From an uncultured Lachnospiraceae bacterium (GTDB lineage: Bacteria > Bacillota > Clostridia > Eubacteriales > Anaerofustaceae), in assembly GCA_964618075.1 (NCBI GenBank), contig CAZTZO010000007.1, forward strand, positions 1 through 40,000: 40,000 bases of DNA, in the 5' to 3' direction. A model generated the notes under the pieces. That model was given only the letters and a program-made list of their open reading frames with translations. It was not told where the DNA came from and searched no databases. The translations under genes were made by a program, and so were the position numbers. Positions 1 through 9,877 of the stretch are shown here, one piece after another; the first letter of the stretch is position 1; each line of letters begins with the position of its first letter.

Positions 1-54
1 CCCCCGACACTTCGGGTATGAACCGAATGCTCTAGCCAACTGAGCTACCCCGCC
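1..54 (-). tRNA. tRNA-Met-like (CAU anticodon), 3' part cut off by window edge
   Basis: Reverse complement reads GGCGGGGTAGCTCAGTTGGCTAGAGCATTCGGTTCATACCCGAAGTGTCGGGGG: acceptor 5' strand, D-arm, anticodon stem TTCGG/CCGAA with loop TTCATAC. Anticodon CAT at 18..20. Elongator Met versus tRNA-Ile2 not distinguished. Confidence 0.9.
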
Positions 55-248
55 ATATAAAGTTGCTTGATTATTTTATACTACACAGCAAATAAAGTCA
101 AGCAATAAAAGGAAGAAAATACAGCGCTTGTTTGGTGATTGGGATTTTTAAAAAATAAGAATAATAATTTAACTCGGAATGAAAATATTAAGTATAAACA
201 TTATGTTGATAATAGTATTATCCTTACTAATGCAATACAATACTTAAC

Positions 249-1334
249 TTAGCACTTTATTCGGTCAAGTAGTTTTCTGCTTATAGTGTGACATGGTTTT
301 TCAATAATAACACATGAAAGTATCGCCAATAAAGCTGTTAGGACAGCAGTAATCAATGTATAAACGGAAGAATTGATTGGAATAGCAAAATGTTGAGCTA
401 ACCACACACATACTTCTTGCACAAAAAAACCATATAAATACAAACCGTAAGATATCTCATATTTTCTACCGATGCGCCCAAGAAAGTCGCTACTGGTAAA
501 TGCCAATTAAAGAATGAAATATGGCAAAATAAAATACAACAAAATGTGCATAACGATATAGTTAAATGAAAAACAACTAAGTAGAAAACCTAATACCACT
601 GAAACAGGCAGACTAAGATAATTTTCTATTTTAATCATTGCTAACGAGCTACCAATGAAATAAAAAGGAACAATGTGTAGCGCTTGTATCCAATCTGTAC
701 CATAAAAAACCAGTCTATTCAATGGATATAATTGGGTCATAACGATATCTCCTACACAGACTAAAACAGTAATTGCAATAAATACCCCCACTGATTTTTT
801 AGAACGACTTCTTATACGACAGATGTTTATTAATATAGGTAATAAAATATACATCAACACCTCAACTGGCAATGTCCACAATGATCCATTGATGACATTC
901 GGATAGGGTGTGCTTGCAAAGCATCCCGGGAGTTGGTACCTAACGTACAACACGAGATTTTCTAAATATTTCAATGCACCCGAAGAGAAATACTCTTTGA
1001 AAGAAAGCTGCGTGATAAGTGGTCCCACTATAAATGTTGCCAAAATAACAAATACTGCCAATGGAGGCCATATACGAAAGAAACGTTTAATAGCATAACG
1101 GTATGGATTGGAATCTAACAACCAACTCTGAGTAATCAAATAACCGCCCAGAATAAAAAATATATATACTCCAATTGCTTGAATACCATGCTCCCATAAC
1201 TTTGGTGCGGTAGTACCTGCAATATATGACATATGACCTGCTATAACCATAAAAGCAGCTACCAAACGAATAGAAGAAATATTATTGTTTCTGTTTGTAG
1301 AATTGCTTAATTCCTTAACATTAATCTCATTCAT
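249..1334 (-). pseudogene. Acyltransferase family 3 (OafA/YrhL-like) membrane protein interrupted by an in-frame TAA at 507..509
   Basis: ORFs 507..1334 (NNISSIRLVAAFMVIAGHMSY..., SLWTLPVEVLMY) and 249..506 (LGRIGRKYEISYGLYLYGFFVQE...VIIEKP) are in the same frame and separated by one stop codon. Together they make a full acyltransferase-3 protein. Confidence 0.75.
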
Positions 1335-2449
1335 TTAGAAAACCATCTATAAATTGTTCTGCAGATAATATAGAGAAATGAATGGTTCTGTAATGTACGC
1401 TTAAAAATCTCTATTAACATATCCCGTCGTCCAAAATAACTCAAGTTCACTTCTTTTTCGATACAATCGGTGTGAGTAGCATATATTTGTAATTTATCTT
1501 TTTCAAGTAATATTGGGACGTCTACAAATTTATCAGTAATGATCTCATAATTTGCTCTCCATTCTGCTTGGCTATGTACTGTTAAAGACGATTCAGCGTT
1601 AATCCATAAACGATAAATGCATGTCCCAATGGTAATATCTTCAACTCCGCACATAAATGCTACTCGCATAAGATAGTCCCAGTCTTCCGTGGTAGTTAAT
1701 TTTTCATCAAATAAGAATCCGTACTTAATAAAAGCTTCTGACGGAAACGCTAAACCAATAAGAGGACATTTATTTAAGGATAATTGAGATGCAATATCAA
1801 ATGGAGCGCAGAACAAGTCTTCAGGGCGTTCCTCGGCACGTAATGCTGTTTCATTAGTATGAGGATTAATTATTTGACTCCATTTTTGTGAAAATGCAAA
1901 TGCGTGCAATACTTTACCCATTGAATCATGTGCTTTGTTTCTAAAAGCTTCTATCCAATTCCCAAAAACGAGATCATCATCATCCAATATTATTACATAT
2001 TTACCACGTGCATGTGCAAAACCAAAATTCAGCGGCGTAGTTCGCGTTCCGTGGTCTAATAAATAAAAACGAATTTTAGAACGAAAATCATTCGGTTGTT
2101 CATCTATTATTTGATCTACTAATTTCTTTTGTTCCGATTGTAGTATATGACCAATCAATATTACTTCAAAATCTTGGCATGTCTGAGCGTAAAGGCATAA
2201 CAACGTTTCACGTAATGATTCCGGGCGACGCCCTTGTGTACGTGTTATTATTGTGGCAAACGGTCGTTTGTCTGTAGATAGTTCCTCTTCTACAATGGGT
2301 TGATATTCCATTTTTAAAGGATTTTTTTGATTTGATTCCAATGTATTCGCAAGCCAAAGTAAATACTTACCAGAACATGTATTTCTATTTAAATAATTTG
2401 ACAATGTATGTAATTCTGTTATAGCTGAAACCATTGACTGATCTTTCAT
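1331..2449 (-). CDS. Glycosyltransferase family 2
   Basis: TIITRTQGRRPESLRETLLCLYAQTCQDFEVILIGH...GKYVIILDDDDLVFGNW: GT-A N-terminal fold with DDDD motif. The start at 2449 (MKDQSMV) avoids the overlap with the upstream gene seen in the 1331..2521 ORF call. Confidence 0.8.
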   Translation of the reverse strand: MKDQSMVSAITELHTLSNYLNRNTCSGKYLLWLANTLESNQKNPLKMEYQPIVEEELSTDKRPFATIITRTQGRRPESLRETLLCLYAQTCQDFEVILIGHILQSEQKKLVDQIIDEQPNDFRSKIRFYLLDHGTRTTPLNFGFAHARGKYVIILDDDDLVFGNWIEAFRNKAHDSMGKVLHAFAFSQKWSQIINPHTNETALRAEERPEDLFCAPFDIASQLSLNKCPLIGLAFPSEAFIKYGFLFDEKLTTTEDWDYLMRVAFMCGVEDITIGTCIYRLWINAESSLTVHSQAEWRANYEIITDKFVDVPILLEKDKLQIYATHTDCIEKEVNLSYFGRRDMLIEIFKRTLQNHSFLYIICRTIYRWFSK

Positions 2450-2471
2450 GTTTATGCTCCTATCATCCTTC

Positions 2472-3398
2472 TTATAAAACAAAACGATTTTCTGTGTAAT
2501 AATTACCCACAAATCTAGCAACCTTATGTGTAGGATCTATCGGTTCTGGTAATATTCCCTCATATTTACGACGAATGAATTCTTGCGCAGCTCGTCTTTC
2601 GTATGCGATAGATTTGTCGCTTTTATAGCAGTTGAGGAGCATATTGACACGTTCTGGATTCGACCACTTATATGCCAACATCAAACTAGCTAAAGCAGAA
2701 TAGTATATCTCTGACTCACTTGGTTGCCATGAGCCATCCACTCCCAATGTTTTATCATGGAAAACCGGTGCAAACGGCTGATAAAATATTTTATAACCTA
2801 ACAATCTCATCCGCCATGAAAAATCAAGATCATCACAATAAAGGAAAAACGTTTGTGCATCAAAACCATTAAGTCGATTAAATATATCTCTCCTGATAAC
2901 TGCGCATGCAGTTGTAGCCCATTCTGTTTCAAAAGATTTTTTATCATATTCTTTTTGATGTTCGATGGGTGTTTGACGTGCCTCTACCATTCCAATCAGT
3001 TTATTCATTTTAAATGGTAATAATGCATAATAAAAATAGTGTGGTGAAAGTATGATATCCGGATTTAAAATTAACATATAGGGGAAATCTGTTTCGTTTG
3101 CAATTAAATTATTACCTTTTGCCGAACCGGTATTCGTATTAAAATAATGATATTTTAACTCTATACGCTCGTGCAGTTTCCCACGAAGCTCTGCCAATTC
3201 AACCTCACTGAAAGTTGCTTTTTTGCTTGCATCGCCGTAGACGACAACCAAACGAAGAAACTGTCCATATTCATTTTCTGCAACCCGTACTGCATTTGAT
3301 ATCGATTCAAGTGAACGTACCAAGCTACTTTTCTCATTATTAAAAATGACTGACTGTATTTGTATATTCACATCATAACTTTTTCTTTCTTGTTCCAT
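2472..3398 (-). CDS. Glycosyltransferase family 2 (rhamnosyltransferase-like)
   Basis: NTNTGSAKGNNLIANETDFPYMLILNPDIILSP...RRDIFNRLNGFDAQTFFLYCDDLDFSWRMRLLGYKIFYQP, typical of the WbbL/RfbN-like GT2 type. Confidence 0.8.
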   Translation of the reverse strand: MEQERKSYDVNIQIQSVIFNNEKSSLVRSLESISNAVRVAENEYGQFLRLVVVYGDASKKATFSEVELAELRGKLHERIELKYHYFNTNTGSAKGNNLIANETDFPYMLILNPDIILSPHYFYYALLPFKMNKLIGMVEARQTPIEHQKEYDKKSFETEWATTACAVIRRDIFNRLNGFDAQTFFLYCDDLDFSWRMRLLGYKIFYQPFAPVFHDKTLGVDGSWQPSESEIYYSALASLMLAYKWSNPERVNMLLNCYKSDKSIAYERRAAQEFIRRKYEGILPEPIDPTHKVARFVGNYYTENRFVL

Positions 3399-3451
3399 AA
3401 AACCTTTTCCTTTTGCATATTTTTTTATTTTATATATTTAAAACGACATTT

Positions 3452-4435
3452 TTATATATGCTGATCAGACAGCTTATTTTCAAGTTTCGTTATATAGGCA
3501 TGTGCTTCGCTGCGTTCTCTTTCAAGCTTTTCTATATAGGCATGTGCTTCACTGCGTTCTTTTTCAAGCTTTTCTATATAGGCATGTGCTTCGCTGCGTT
3601 CTCTTTCAAGCTTTACTATATAGGATTGTGCTACATTATTATTTTTTTCTAAATTATGTATATATTTATCAACAGATTGCAGATATATGTCGCTAGAAGA
3701 AGCTCGTTTATCTTTCCTCTTGGATTGTATTTGACGTGCAGTAAACACAAACTGATATATTTCCCCTCGCTTGCGCTGTTGTAAGTATTGCAATACGTAT
3801 GAAGGAATCTGGTGAGTATTTGGATTCTGTTCAGTCTCACCCGTTTTAAAAAATATTTCTTCCTCATTAAAGACTTCATATCCGGCATTTTTAATCGTTG
3901 CTATGATATTGTTCCATGCAAAAAAATGTAAATGTGTATCATCCAGCAAACCTAGCTGTGTATATCGCCAATCATCTGATATAAGATTTATTATGACATC
4001 ATTATGAGCTACATTTGGAACAACAATAAATAACAAACCGTCTTGTTTAAGATGTGTTCGAATACGTATGAGAGTTTCTAAAGGGTTTCTGATATGTTCT
4101 AGAACATTAGCCACTAACACGCAATCAAACTGTTTCCCCCTATAATAATTGCACCATTCGTCTGTTTCTATATCACAGCATATTCCATCATTTGCATATG
4201 GTATTGCATACTCATAAGCTTCACGATCAATCTCAATAACAGATACAGAACATTCATTGTACTCTTTTAGAGCACGAGTCATATAACCTGTTGCACATCC
4301 AAATTCAAGCACTGATGCTCCATGTGGTATACGCCTAAGAATAATGCCATTGCATGAATTATCATCTGGCTTTATGTCGCTAAAATCGTATTTCATTCTT
4401 ACTTTCTCCGCTTTATAGCAAATTCTATACTTCAT
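3452..4435 (-). CDS. Class I SAM-dependent methyltransferase with C-terminal repeat/coiled-coil tail
   Basis: GASVLEFGCATGYMTRAL (motif I), FDCVLVANVLEHIRNPLETLIRIRTHLKQDGLLFIVVPN, then a repeated YI(V/E/T)KLE(R/K)ERSEAHA tail. Confidence 0.85.
   Translation of the reverse strand: MKYRICYKAEKVRMKYDFSDIKPDDNSCNGIILRRIPHGASVLEFGCATGYMTRALKEYNECSVSVIEIDREAYEYAIPYANDGICCDIETDEWCNYYRGKQFDCVLVANVLEHIRNPLETLIRIRTHLKQDGLLFIVVPNVAHNDVIINLISDDWRYTQLGLLDDTHLHFFAWNNIIATIKNAGYEVFNEEEIFFKTGETEQNPNTHQIPSYVLQYLQQRKRGEIYQFVFTARQIQSKRKDKRASSSDIYLQSVDKYIHNLEKNNNVAQSYIVKLERERSEAHAYIEKLEKERSEAHAYIEKLERERSEAHAYITKLENKLSDQHI
3491..3632. repeat. Tandem 42-bp repeat, 3 near-identical copies plus partial
   Basis: Copies TATATAGGCATGTGCTTCGCTGCGTTCTCTTTCAAGCTTTTC begin at 3491, 3533, 3575, with a degenerate one at 3617. 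They encode 14-aa units on the minus strand. Confidence 0.9.
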
Positions 4436-4628
4436 CTCAATCGTTTATCAATTAGTATTAATTAGCCTACTCAATTAATAAAGTCAATTATTTACTACAA
4501 ATAAAACAGCATAACTTTTAAATCGCCACCAAATTTTGTGATAAGATAATTATATTTCCATCACTCCAATATTGGCTATTGAAAACACACCACAATTATT
4601 GTTTCAATATTGCCTAAAGCTATTTTCC

Positions 4629-5504
4629 TTATGTGGATTTTATATTTTCTATCAATTTATCATTTTGTTGCTCAATCCATTCTCCCATTAGACTAATTAT
4701 ATTAGTATTATCTCCCCAAACTTCCGTCGAGTCGTATGCTCTGTCCGGATAAGCGCCGTAATTAAGCTTTATATTTAAACCATGCTCTTTTATAAACGAC
4801 TCAACCTGTTCAGAAAGAGAAACGGGTCTTCCTGAGCATATGTTGATTATGCCGGTTATTTTTTGTTGGCTTGAGATGACAACTATCTGTCTTGCAAGCT
4901 CTTGAACCGTAATGAAATCATATTTTTTATTTCTGCCTGTAAAGGGAAATTCGCTCTGTCCCTCCTCTGCCGCACGAAGGATCTTCGAAAATATTGAATT
5001 GGCATATGCGTCATCACCGTATATATAGTAAGCTCTCAGCCAATAAAGATTAAAGTTAAGCTCATTCGACAACAAAAGCATCGATTCTCTAAGTGCATTT
5101 TTTGATATTCCATACAGGGATAACGGATCACAGGGAGTATTCTCGTCAATCGCGCCTTCCCAATATCCGACCTCATGCATTGTCCCCATCACAGCAATAT
5201 TTTTACATCCGCCGACTGCCATGTCACACAGGAACTCATAATGCTTTGAAAGATACAGCATATGTTCACTGGAATTATGGATGAATCCATTTTTCCACTC
5301 CAAATGAATCAGCAAATCGGGAGAGCCGAATTCAAAAAAAGTATTTTTATCGCCATTAAATATATCCTCGTTAATAAAATAAGCACGTTTGTCAACGCCG
5401 TTGTTTTTCAAATCAACCGCTATAACCTCATGACCATTGTTCAATAATTCCGTTACTACATATCTTCCTATATATCCCGAAGCTCCCGTTACAAGCACTT
5501 TCAT
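4629..5504 (-). CDS. NAD-dependent epimerase/dehydratase (nucleotide-sugar, extended SDR)
   Basis: MKVLVTGASGYIGRYVVTELLNNGHEVIAVD (Rossmann GxxGxxG), LYGISKNAL (YxxxK), WLRAYYIYG. Confidence 0.88.
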   Translation of the reverse strand: MKVLVTGASGYIGRYVVTELLNNGHEVIAVDLKNNGVDKRAYFINEDIFNGDKNTFFEFGSPDLLIHLEWKNGFIHNSSEHMLYLSKHYEFLCDMAVGGCKNIAVMGTMHEVGYWEGAIDENTPCDPLSLYGISKNALRESMLLLSNELNFNLYWLRAYYIYGDDAYANSIFSKILRAAEEGQSEFPFTGRNKKYDFITVQELARQIVVISSQQKITGIINICSGRPVSLSEQVESFIKEHGLNIKLNYGAYPDRAYDSTEVWGDNTNIISLMGEWIEQQNDKLIENIKST

Positions 5505-5721
5505 TGTTTATTCCCTTATCCTGTCTTATTTCTCTTTAAAATATTGTCTTAATGTTTAGCTCAACTACACCGCATTGCCTGCTGCGGTATTTATAAGCCA
5601 TATGCTTTGCTCTTTTTTTATGGTGTTTAATAAAAATACCAAGCTTTAATTGCCCCAAAAAAATAGCGGCTGCTAAAAGTCAATATTGCGCTCACTGCTG
5701 CTATAAGCTCTGCGCGTCATT

Positions 5722-5889
5722 TTATTTTTGTGCGGAATCTTTTTCTAAAGATCTCACGCCTGCAATAATAATATTACGTATCATTTCGGACCTGTTTTGG
5801 TCATAAAATATTTCTTTCTTTAATCTAGTCAATGTTTCTTCGATTTCCTTTGTGACCGTGAAAGTTATCTTAGTTAAGTTTTCAGCCAT
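5722..5889 (-). CDS. Small ribbon-helix-helix protein (55 aa, not in supplied ORF track)
   Basis: Manual translation of minus strand: MAENLTKITFTVTKEIEETLTRLKKEIFYDQNRSEMIRNIIIAGVRSLEKDSAQK*. The beta-strand/helix/'NRSEMIRNII' pattern is typical of CopG/RHH proteins. Confidence 0.75.
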   Translation of the reverse strand: MAENLTKITFTVTKEIEETLTRLKKEIFYDQNRSEMIRNIIIAGVRSLEKDSAQK

Positions 5890-5919
5890 TTTTTTTACAT
5901 CCTTTTATAATTTATATAG

Positions 5920-6033
5920 TATGAACTTCTGTTTTTATGAACTATTATTGTTTATTATAGTTCATAATGTATGAACCTGTCAATACATTTAAAAAAAGTC
6001 TTGACTTTGTCTGAACTTATACATAATATGAAC
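5920..6033. promoter_or_regulatory. Divergent promoter region with TATGAAC/GTTCATA operator array
   Basis: TATGAAC at 5920..5926, 5936..5942, 5970..5976 and 6027..6033. GTTCATA at 5960..5966 forms a perfect inverted repeat GTTCATA-ATG-TATGAAC (5960..5976). Minus promoter TTGACA (5978..5983)-N18-TATAAT (5954..5959). Plus promoter TTGACT (6001..6006)-N17-TAATAT (6024..6029). Confidence 0.75.
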
Positions 6034-6049
6034 TAAAGGAGGCAAATAA

Positions 6050-6238
6050 ATGCCCACACAAAAACCCCGTTATACAGTTATTGTTGATGAGCAGCTGCTT
6101 AAAGAAATTGATGATTTTCGTTTTGAAAACCGTTATCCGAGCCGTTCAGCTGCAACGTTGGATTTGATCAAGCTCGGTATGAAACAGCTTGAAGAAGAGA
6201 AGAAAATAAATAATAGGTCATCTAAGAAAAACAAATAA
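6050..6238 (+). CDS. Small CopG/ribbon-helix-helix family protein
   Basis: PRYTVIVDEQLLKEIDDFRFENRYPSRSAATLDLIKLGMKQLEEE is a classic RHH pattern. RBS AAAGGAGG just upstream. Confidence 0.8.
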   Translation: MPTQKPRYTVIVDEQLLKEIDDFRFENRYPSRSAATLDLIKLGMKQLEEEKKINNRSSKKNK

Positions 6239-6575
6239 CGTATATAAGCTTTTGTTTGCATATCTTGCTTCAATTATTAGATGTTTTGCACTAAACAAGG
6301 CTGTTTTATCATGCGCTTCGTTATGCTTTTCTTTATAAAAAAACATAACTCTAATTTGCTTTATGATTACATCAGGCTTTTTAAAAAACAAAATACTTAA
6401 TTGTTTACGTTTGTAATCAATGTAAAAAAGGCTGTTATTAGAGAAAAATATGCAGAAATAAAAAAAGACCGCGCTTATAAATTTGCTTAAACACGGTCGT
6501 TTGTTTTGTTGATTTGAATTTCAAATTAAAGACAAAAGTGCCTTAATATCCATAAAAATGATTTTTTATACTTTT

Positions 6576-6953
6576 TTATAAGATGGTTTTCCAAAGACCG
6601 TGAAGGTTGCAGTAAGCATACACGGCTATGGGTTTATCGTCGATAAAAACAAATTGTGCATGAGGCTTATCCGTTGGCTTTAAAGCCTTTCTCTGTCCTC
6701 CGTGTTCTGTTTCTACGAATATCCACATAATAAAATGCTCATCACTCATCGGATGCTCGATGCTTCCGATATCAACAGTTAGCTTATCGCCGTCATAGCT
6801 TATAACAGGCAAATGCTTTTCTTTACTTGCGTCGGTAGTATTGGCTACCAGCGCCTTCATTTTTTCGCCGCAGCAAACCAAAGGTACTCCCGAAGAAGCC
6901 ACCATTCCTACAAGATTCTTGCAATGCTCACAAAGATAAAACTTCTCGCTCAT
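6576..6953 (-). CDS. dfx: Desulfoferrodoxin (superoxide reductase)
   Basis: MSEKFYLCEHCKNLVGMVASSGVPLVCCGEKM (CxxC...CC desulforedoxin centre), HPMSDEHFIMWI, AYCNLHGLW (centre II ligands). Start chosen at internal Met (6953). Confidence 0.92.
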   Translation of the reverse strand: MSEKFYLCEHCKNLVGMVASSGVPLVCCGEKMKALVANTTDASKEKHLPVISYDGDKLTVDIGSIEHPMSDEHFIMWIFVETEHGGQRKALKPTDKPHAQFVFIDDKPIAVYAYCNLHGLWKTIL

Positions 6954-7005
6954 ATTTTCCTCCGTATACATTTATTACCTTGCTTTTTAATTAAGTGTAT
7001 TTACA

Positions 7006-7037
7006 ATAAAAAAACAAAGCATCGCAAACGCTTTGTT
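7006..7037 (-). terminator. Rho-independent terminator downstream of argH
   Basis: Inverted repeat AACAAAGC (7013..7020) / GCTTTGTT (7030..7037), followed by a T tract on the minus strand. Confidence 0.75.
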
Positions 7038-7218
7038 CTTTTTAAGCAGTAATAATACATACCTTACTTATACGCAGTCAAAATTACACTACAAAGCGCC
7101 GTTTAATTCATTTTACATCATTCAGATAAGACATTCCACTTATTTTTGAAAATAATTAATTAAAAACAGTTATCATGCTCTCTGCTTGTATTTGCGTATG
7201 TAAGAATAGCTAAGAATA

Positions 7219-8604
7219 TTACGCTTTATTTAACCCTGCAAGAAATCTGCGAGCTTCATCTATTTGTTTTTTGACGCTTTCAGGCGCAGGCCCACCCTCA
7301 ACGTTTCTTCTTTTAACACAGTTGAGTATATCAATGGCTTCATACACGTCGTCTTCAAATTTCTCGTTGAATTTTTTGTATTCACCAATCGACAGAGAAG
7401 ATAAGCTCTTTTTGTTTTTTACGCAGTAGGACACCAGCTCGCCGACAGTCCTGTAAGCGTCACGAAAGGCTTCTCCCTTTTCTACAAGATAATCCGCGCA
7501 ATCCGTAGCGTTCACAAAGCCGCTGTGAGTTGCATATTCCATATTCTCTTTATTGTAGCTTGCAGACTTTATCATAGGTATAAAAGCCGAAAGACACTTT
7601 TTTGCTGTTTCCAGAGAATCAAATATTGCTTCCTTGTCCTCCTGCATATCCTTGTTGTACGCAAGAGGCAAACCTTTCATAACCGTAAGCAAGCCCATAA
7701 GGTTGCCGTATACCCTGCCCGTTTTGGCACGTATCAGCTCAGATGCGTCGGGATTTTTCTTCTGCGGCATTATCGAAGAACCAGTACTGAAATCATCGCT
7801 CAGGGTTATAAAAGAAAACTCGCTTGATGACCACCACACTATTTCCTCGCAGAAGCGTGAGAGATGCTCCATTATCAGGGATAAATCAAAAGCAAGCTCC
7901 AATACAAAATCTCTGTCGCTCACTGCGTCCATGCTGTTCATGCTTATTTCGTTAAAGCCCAGTTCATCACACACGAAATGTCTGTCTATCGGATATGTCG
8001 TCGCAGCAAGCGCTCCCGAACCGAGAGGAAGCACCATGGTACGCTCACGGCACTGTGCAATTCTGTTTATATCTCGCATGAACATCTGCGCATAGGCCAT
8101 AAAATAATGCGCCAATGTGACCGGCTGAGCCCTTTGCAGGTGAGTGTAGCCCGGCATGACCGTATGTAAATGCTCCTGCGACATATCGCAAAGCACGCTT
8201 ACAAGAGATACCAGCTTCTCAGTAAGAAGAGTTTCTTCTTCGGACAAATACATTCGTATATCAAGGCACACCTGATCGTTTCTGCTGCGCGCGGTATGCA
8301 GTCTTTTACCCGCCTTACCTATCCTTTCGGTCAGTTTGGCTTCTATAAAGGAGTGTATATCCTCCGCATTATCGTCTATGGTTAAAGCTCCGCTTTTTAT
8401 TTGCTCGGAAATATTCTCAAGCTCATTTACGATAGCAAGACCATCCGAAGATGATATCACACCGGTTTTCGCCAGCATTTTTGCATGAGCGATGCTTCCT
8501 TTTATATCGCAAAACACCATTTTTTTGTCGTACGCTATTGAAGAATTTATTTCGCTGAGACGCTCGTTCGTATTGCCTGAAAGGCGTCCTGAATATATCT
8601 TCAT
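7219..8604 (-). CDS. argH: Argininosuccinate lyase
   Basis: IHSFIEAKLTERIGKAGKRLHTARSRNDQVCLDIRMYL and the signature GSSIMPQKKNPDASELIRAKTGRV. Confidence 0.97.
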   Translation of the reverse strand: MKIYSGRLSGNTNERLSEINSSIAYDKKMVFCDIKGSIAHAKMLAKTGVISSSDGLAIVNELENISEQIKSGALTIDDNAEDIHSFIEAKLTERIGKAGKRLHTARSRNDQVCLDIRMYLSEEETLLTEKLVSLVSVLCDMSQEHLHTVMPGYTHLQRAQPVTLAHYFMAYAQMFMRDINRIAQCRERTMVLPLGSGALAATTYPIDRHFVCDELGFNEISMNSMDAVSDRDFVLELAFDLSLIMEHLSRFCEEIVWWSSSEFSFITLSDDFSTGSSIMPQKKNPDASELIRAKTGRVYGNLMGLLTVMKGLPLAYNKDMQEDKEAIFDSLETAKKCLSAFIPMIKSASYNKENMEYATHSGFVNATDCADYLVEKGEAFRDAYRTVGELVSYCVKNKKSLSSLSIGEYKKFNEKFEDDVYEAIDILNCVKRRNVEGGPAPESVKKQIDEARRFLAGLNKA

Positions 8605-8617
8605 TTAAAACAGCCTC

Positions 8618-9862
8618 TTATTCGTTATTTTTATTATTCTCATTCATCATTATAGCATGAATTCTGTTCGGCAGACCATATAACGTGATAAAGCCCTGCG
8701 AATCCATCTGGTCATATACGCAGTCCTTGCCAAAGGTCGCATATTCCTCGCTGTAAAGTGAGTATTTGCTCGTCATTCCTGCTCCTATAATATTACCCTT
8801 ATAAAGCACAAGGCTGACATTTCCCGTCATGTTCTTTTGCGTTTCATCAACAAAAGCCGAGAGAGCCTCTCTTAACGGGGTATACCACTGTCCGTTATAA
8901 ACAAGCTCCGCAAATTCAAGAGCTGCGGTCTGCTTAAACTGGAACGTCGCCTTATCAAGGCATATCTGTTCGAGCATATCATGCGCTTTGTATAAAATCG
9001 TTCCGCCCGGAGTTTCGTATACTCCTCTGCTCTTCATTCCCACGAGTCTGTTTTCCACTATATCAACAGTTCCTATGCCGTGCTTTCCGCCGAGAATATT
9101 CAGCTTTTCAATAAGCTCAACTCCTGCGAGTTTTTCGCCGTTAAGAGCGACGGGTATACCCTTTTCGAATGAAATAGTCAGCTTTTCCTCCTTATCGGGA
9201 GCCTTCTGAGGAGATACGCCCATTTCCAGTATAGAGTCGTATTTGGGCATATTTTGCGTTTCCTCAAGGTCCAGCCCCTCATGAGAAAGATGCCAAAGGT
9301 TTTTATCCTTCGAGTAGCTTGTTTCCTTTGTTATTTTAAGAGGTACGTTGTGGCACCTTGCGTATTCAAGCTCTTCGTCACGGCTCTGTATATCCCAAAT
9401 TCTCCACGGCGCTATGACCGGCATGTTCGGCGCAAAAGCCATTATACCAAGCTCAAAACGAACCTGGTCGTTGCCCTTACCGGTGCATCCGTGAGCTATG
9501 GCATCTGCATTCTCTTTTTTAGCAATTTCGACGATTCTCTTCGCTATGAGCGGACGAGCAAAGGACGTGCCCAAAAGATAGTTATTCTCATACCTTGCTC
9601 CCGCCTTAAGCGTAGGAAAGATATAGTCGTTTACGAATTCTTCTTTAAGGTCTTCTACATATATTTTGGAAGCGCCCGCATTGATAGCCTTTTGCTCGAT
9701 ACCCTCAAGCTCGCCTTTTCCCTGTCCTACATCGGCGGCAACTGCTATTATCTCACAATCGTGGTTTTCCTTTAGCCACGGAATGATTACCGACGTATCG
9801 AGTCCTCCTGAATATGCCAGCACTACTTTTTTATATTTTGTGTTCTTATCGTATTTGTTCAT
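8618..9862 (-). CDS. argG: Argininosuccinate synthase
   Basis: [21 protein letters not shown] (PP-loop), [17 protein letters not shown]. Confidence 0.97.
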   Translation of the reverse strand: MNKYDKNTKYKKVVLAYSGGLDTSVIIPWLKENHDCEIIAVAADVGQGKGELEGIEQKAINAGASKIYVEDLKEEFVNDYIFPTLKAGARYENNYLLGTSFARPLIAKRIVEIAKKENADAIAHGCTGKGNDQVRFELGIMAFAPNMPVIAPWRIWDIQSRDEELEYARCHNVPLKITKETSYSKDKNLWHLSHEGLDLEETQNMPKYDSILEMGVSPQKAPDKEEKLTISFEKGIPVALNGEKLAGVELIEKLNILGGKHGIGTVDIVENRLVGMKSRGVYETPGGTILYKAHDMLEQICLDKATFQFKQTAALEFAELVYNGQWYTPLREALSAFVDETQKNMTGNVSLVLYKGNIIGAGMTSKYSLYSEEYATFGKDCVYDQMDSQGFITLYGLPNRIHAIMMNENNKNNE

Positions 9863-9877
9863 TTTTGACCTCGCAAT

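Noticed and set aside
3491-3632. Possible CRISPR-like repeats
   Set aside because: The 42-bp units are directly adjacent without unique spacers and are in-frame coding repeats. No cas genes are present.
3413-3696. Plus-strand Phe/Tyr-rich repetitive ORFs (3413..3652, 3502..3696)
   Set aside because: They are antisense readings of the 42-bp repeats encoding the methyltransferase tail. Sequences such as YIGMCFAAFSFKLF have no RBS support and follow entirely from the opposite-strand repeat.
1-5504. Prophage or integrative element adjacent to the tRNA
   Set aside because: No integrase, recombinase, structural phage gene or duplicated tRNA 3' end (att site) was found in the window. The DUF5131 gene at 22.9 kb is a lone gene beside an M42 peptidase.
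5722-6238. Classical toxin-antitoxin module built on the RHH genes
   Set aside because: The operator layout resembles TA autoregulation, but no toxin-like ORF (RelE, MazF, HicA, Fic or similar) was recognizable next to either RHH gene, so TA is not claimed.
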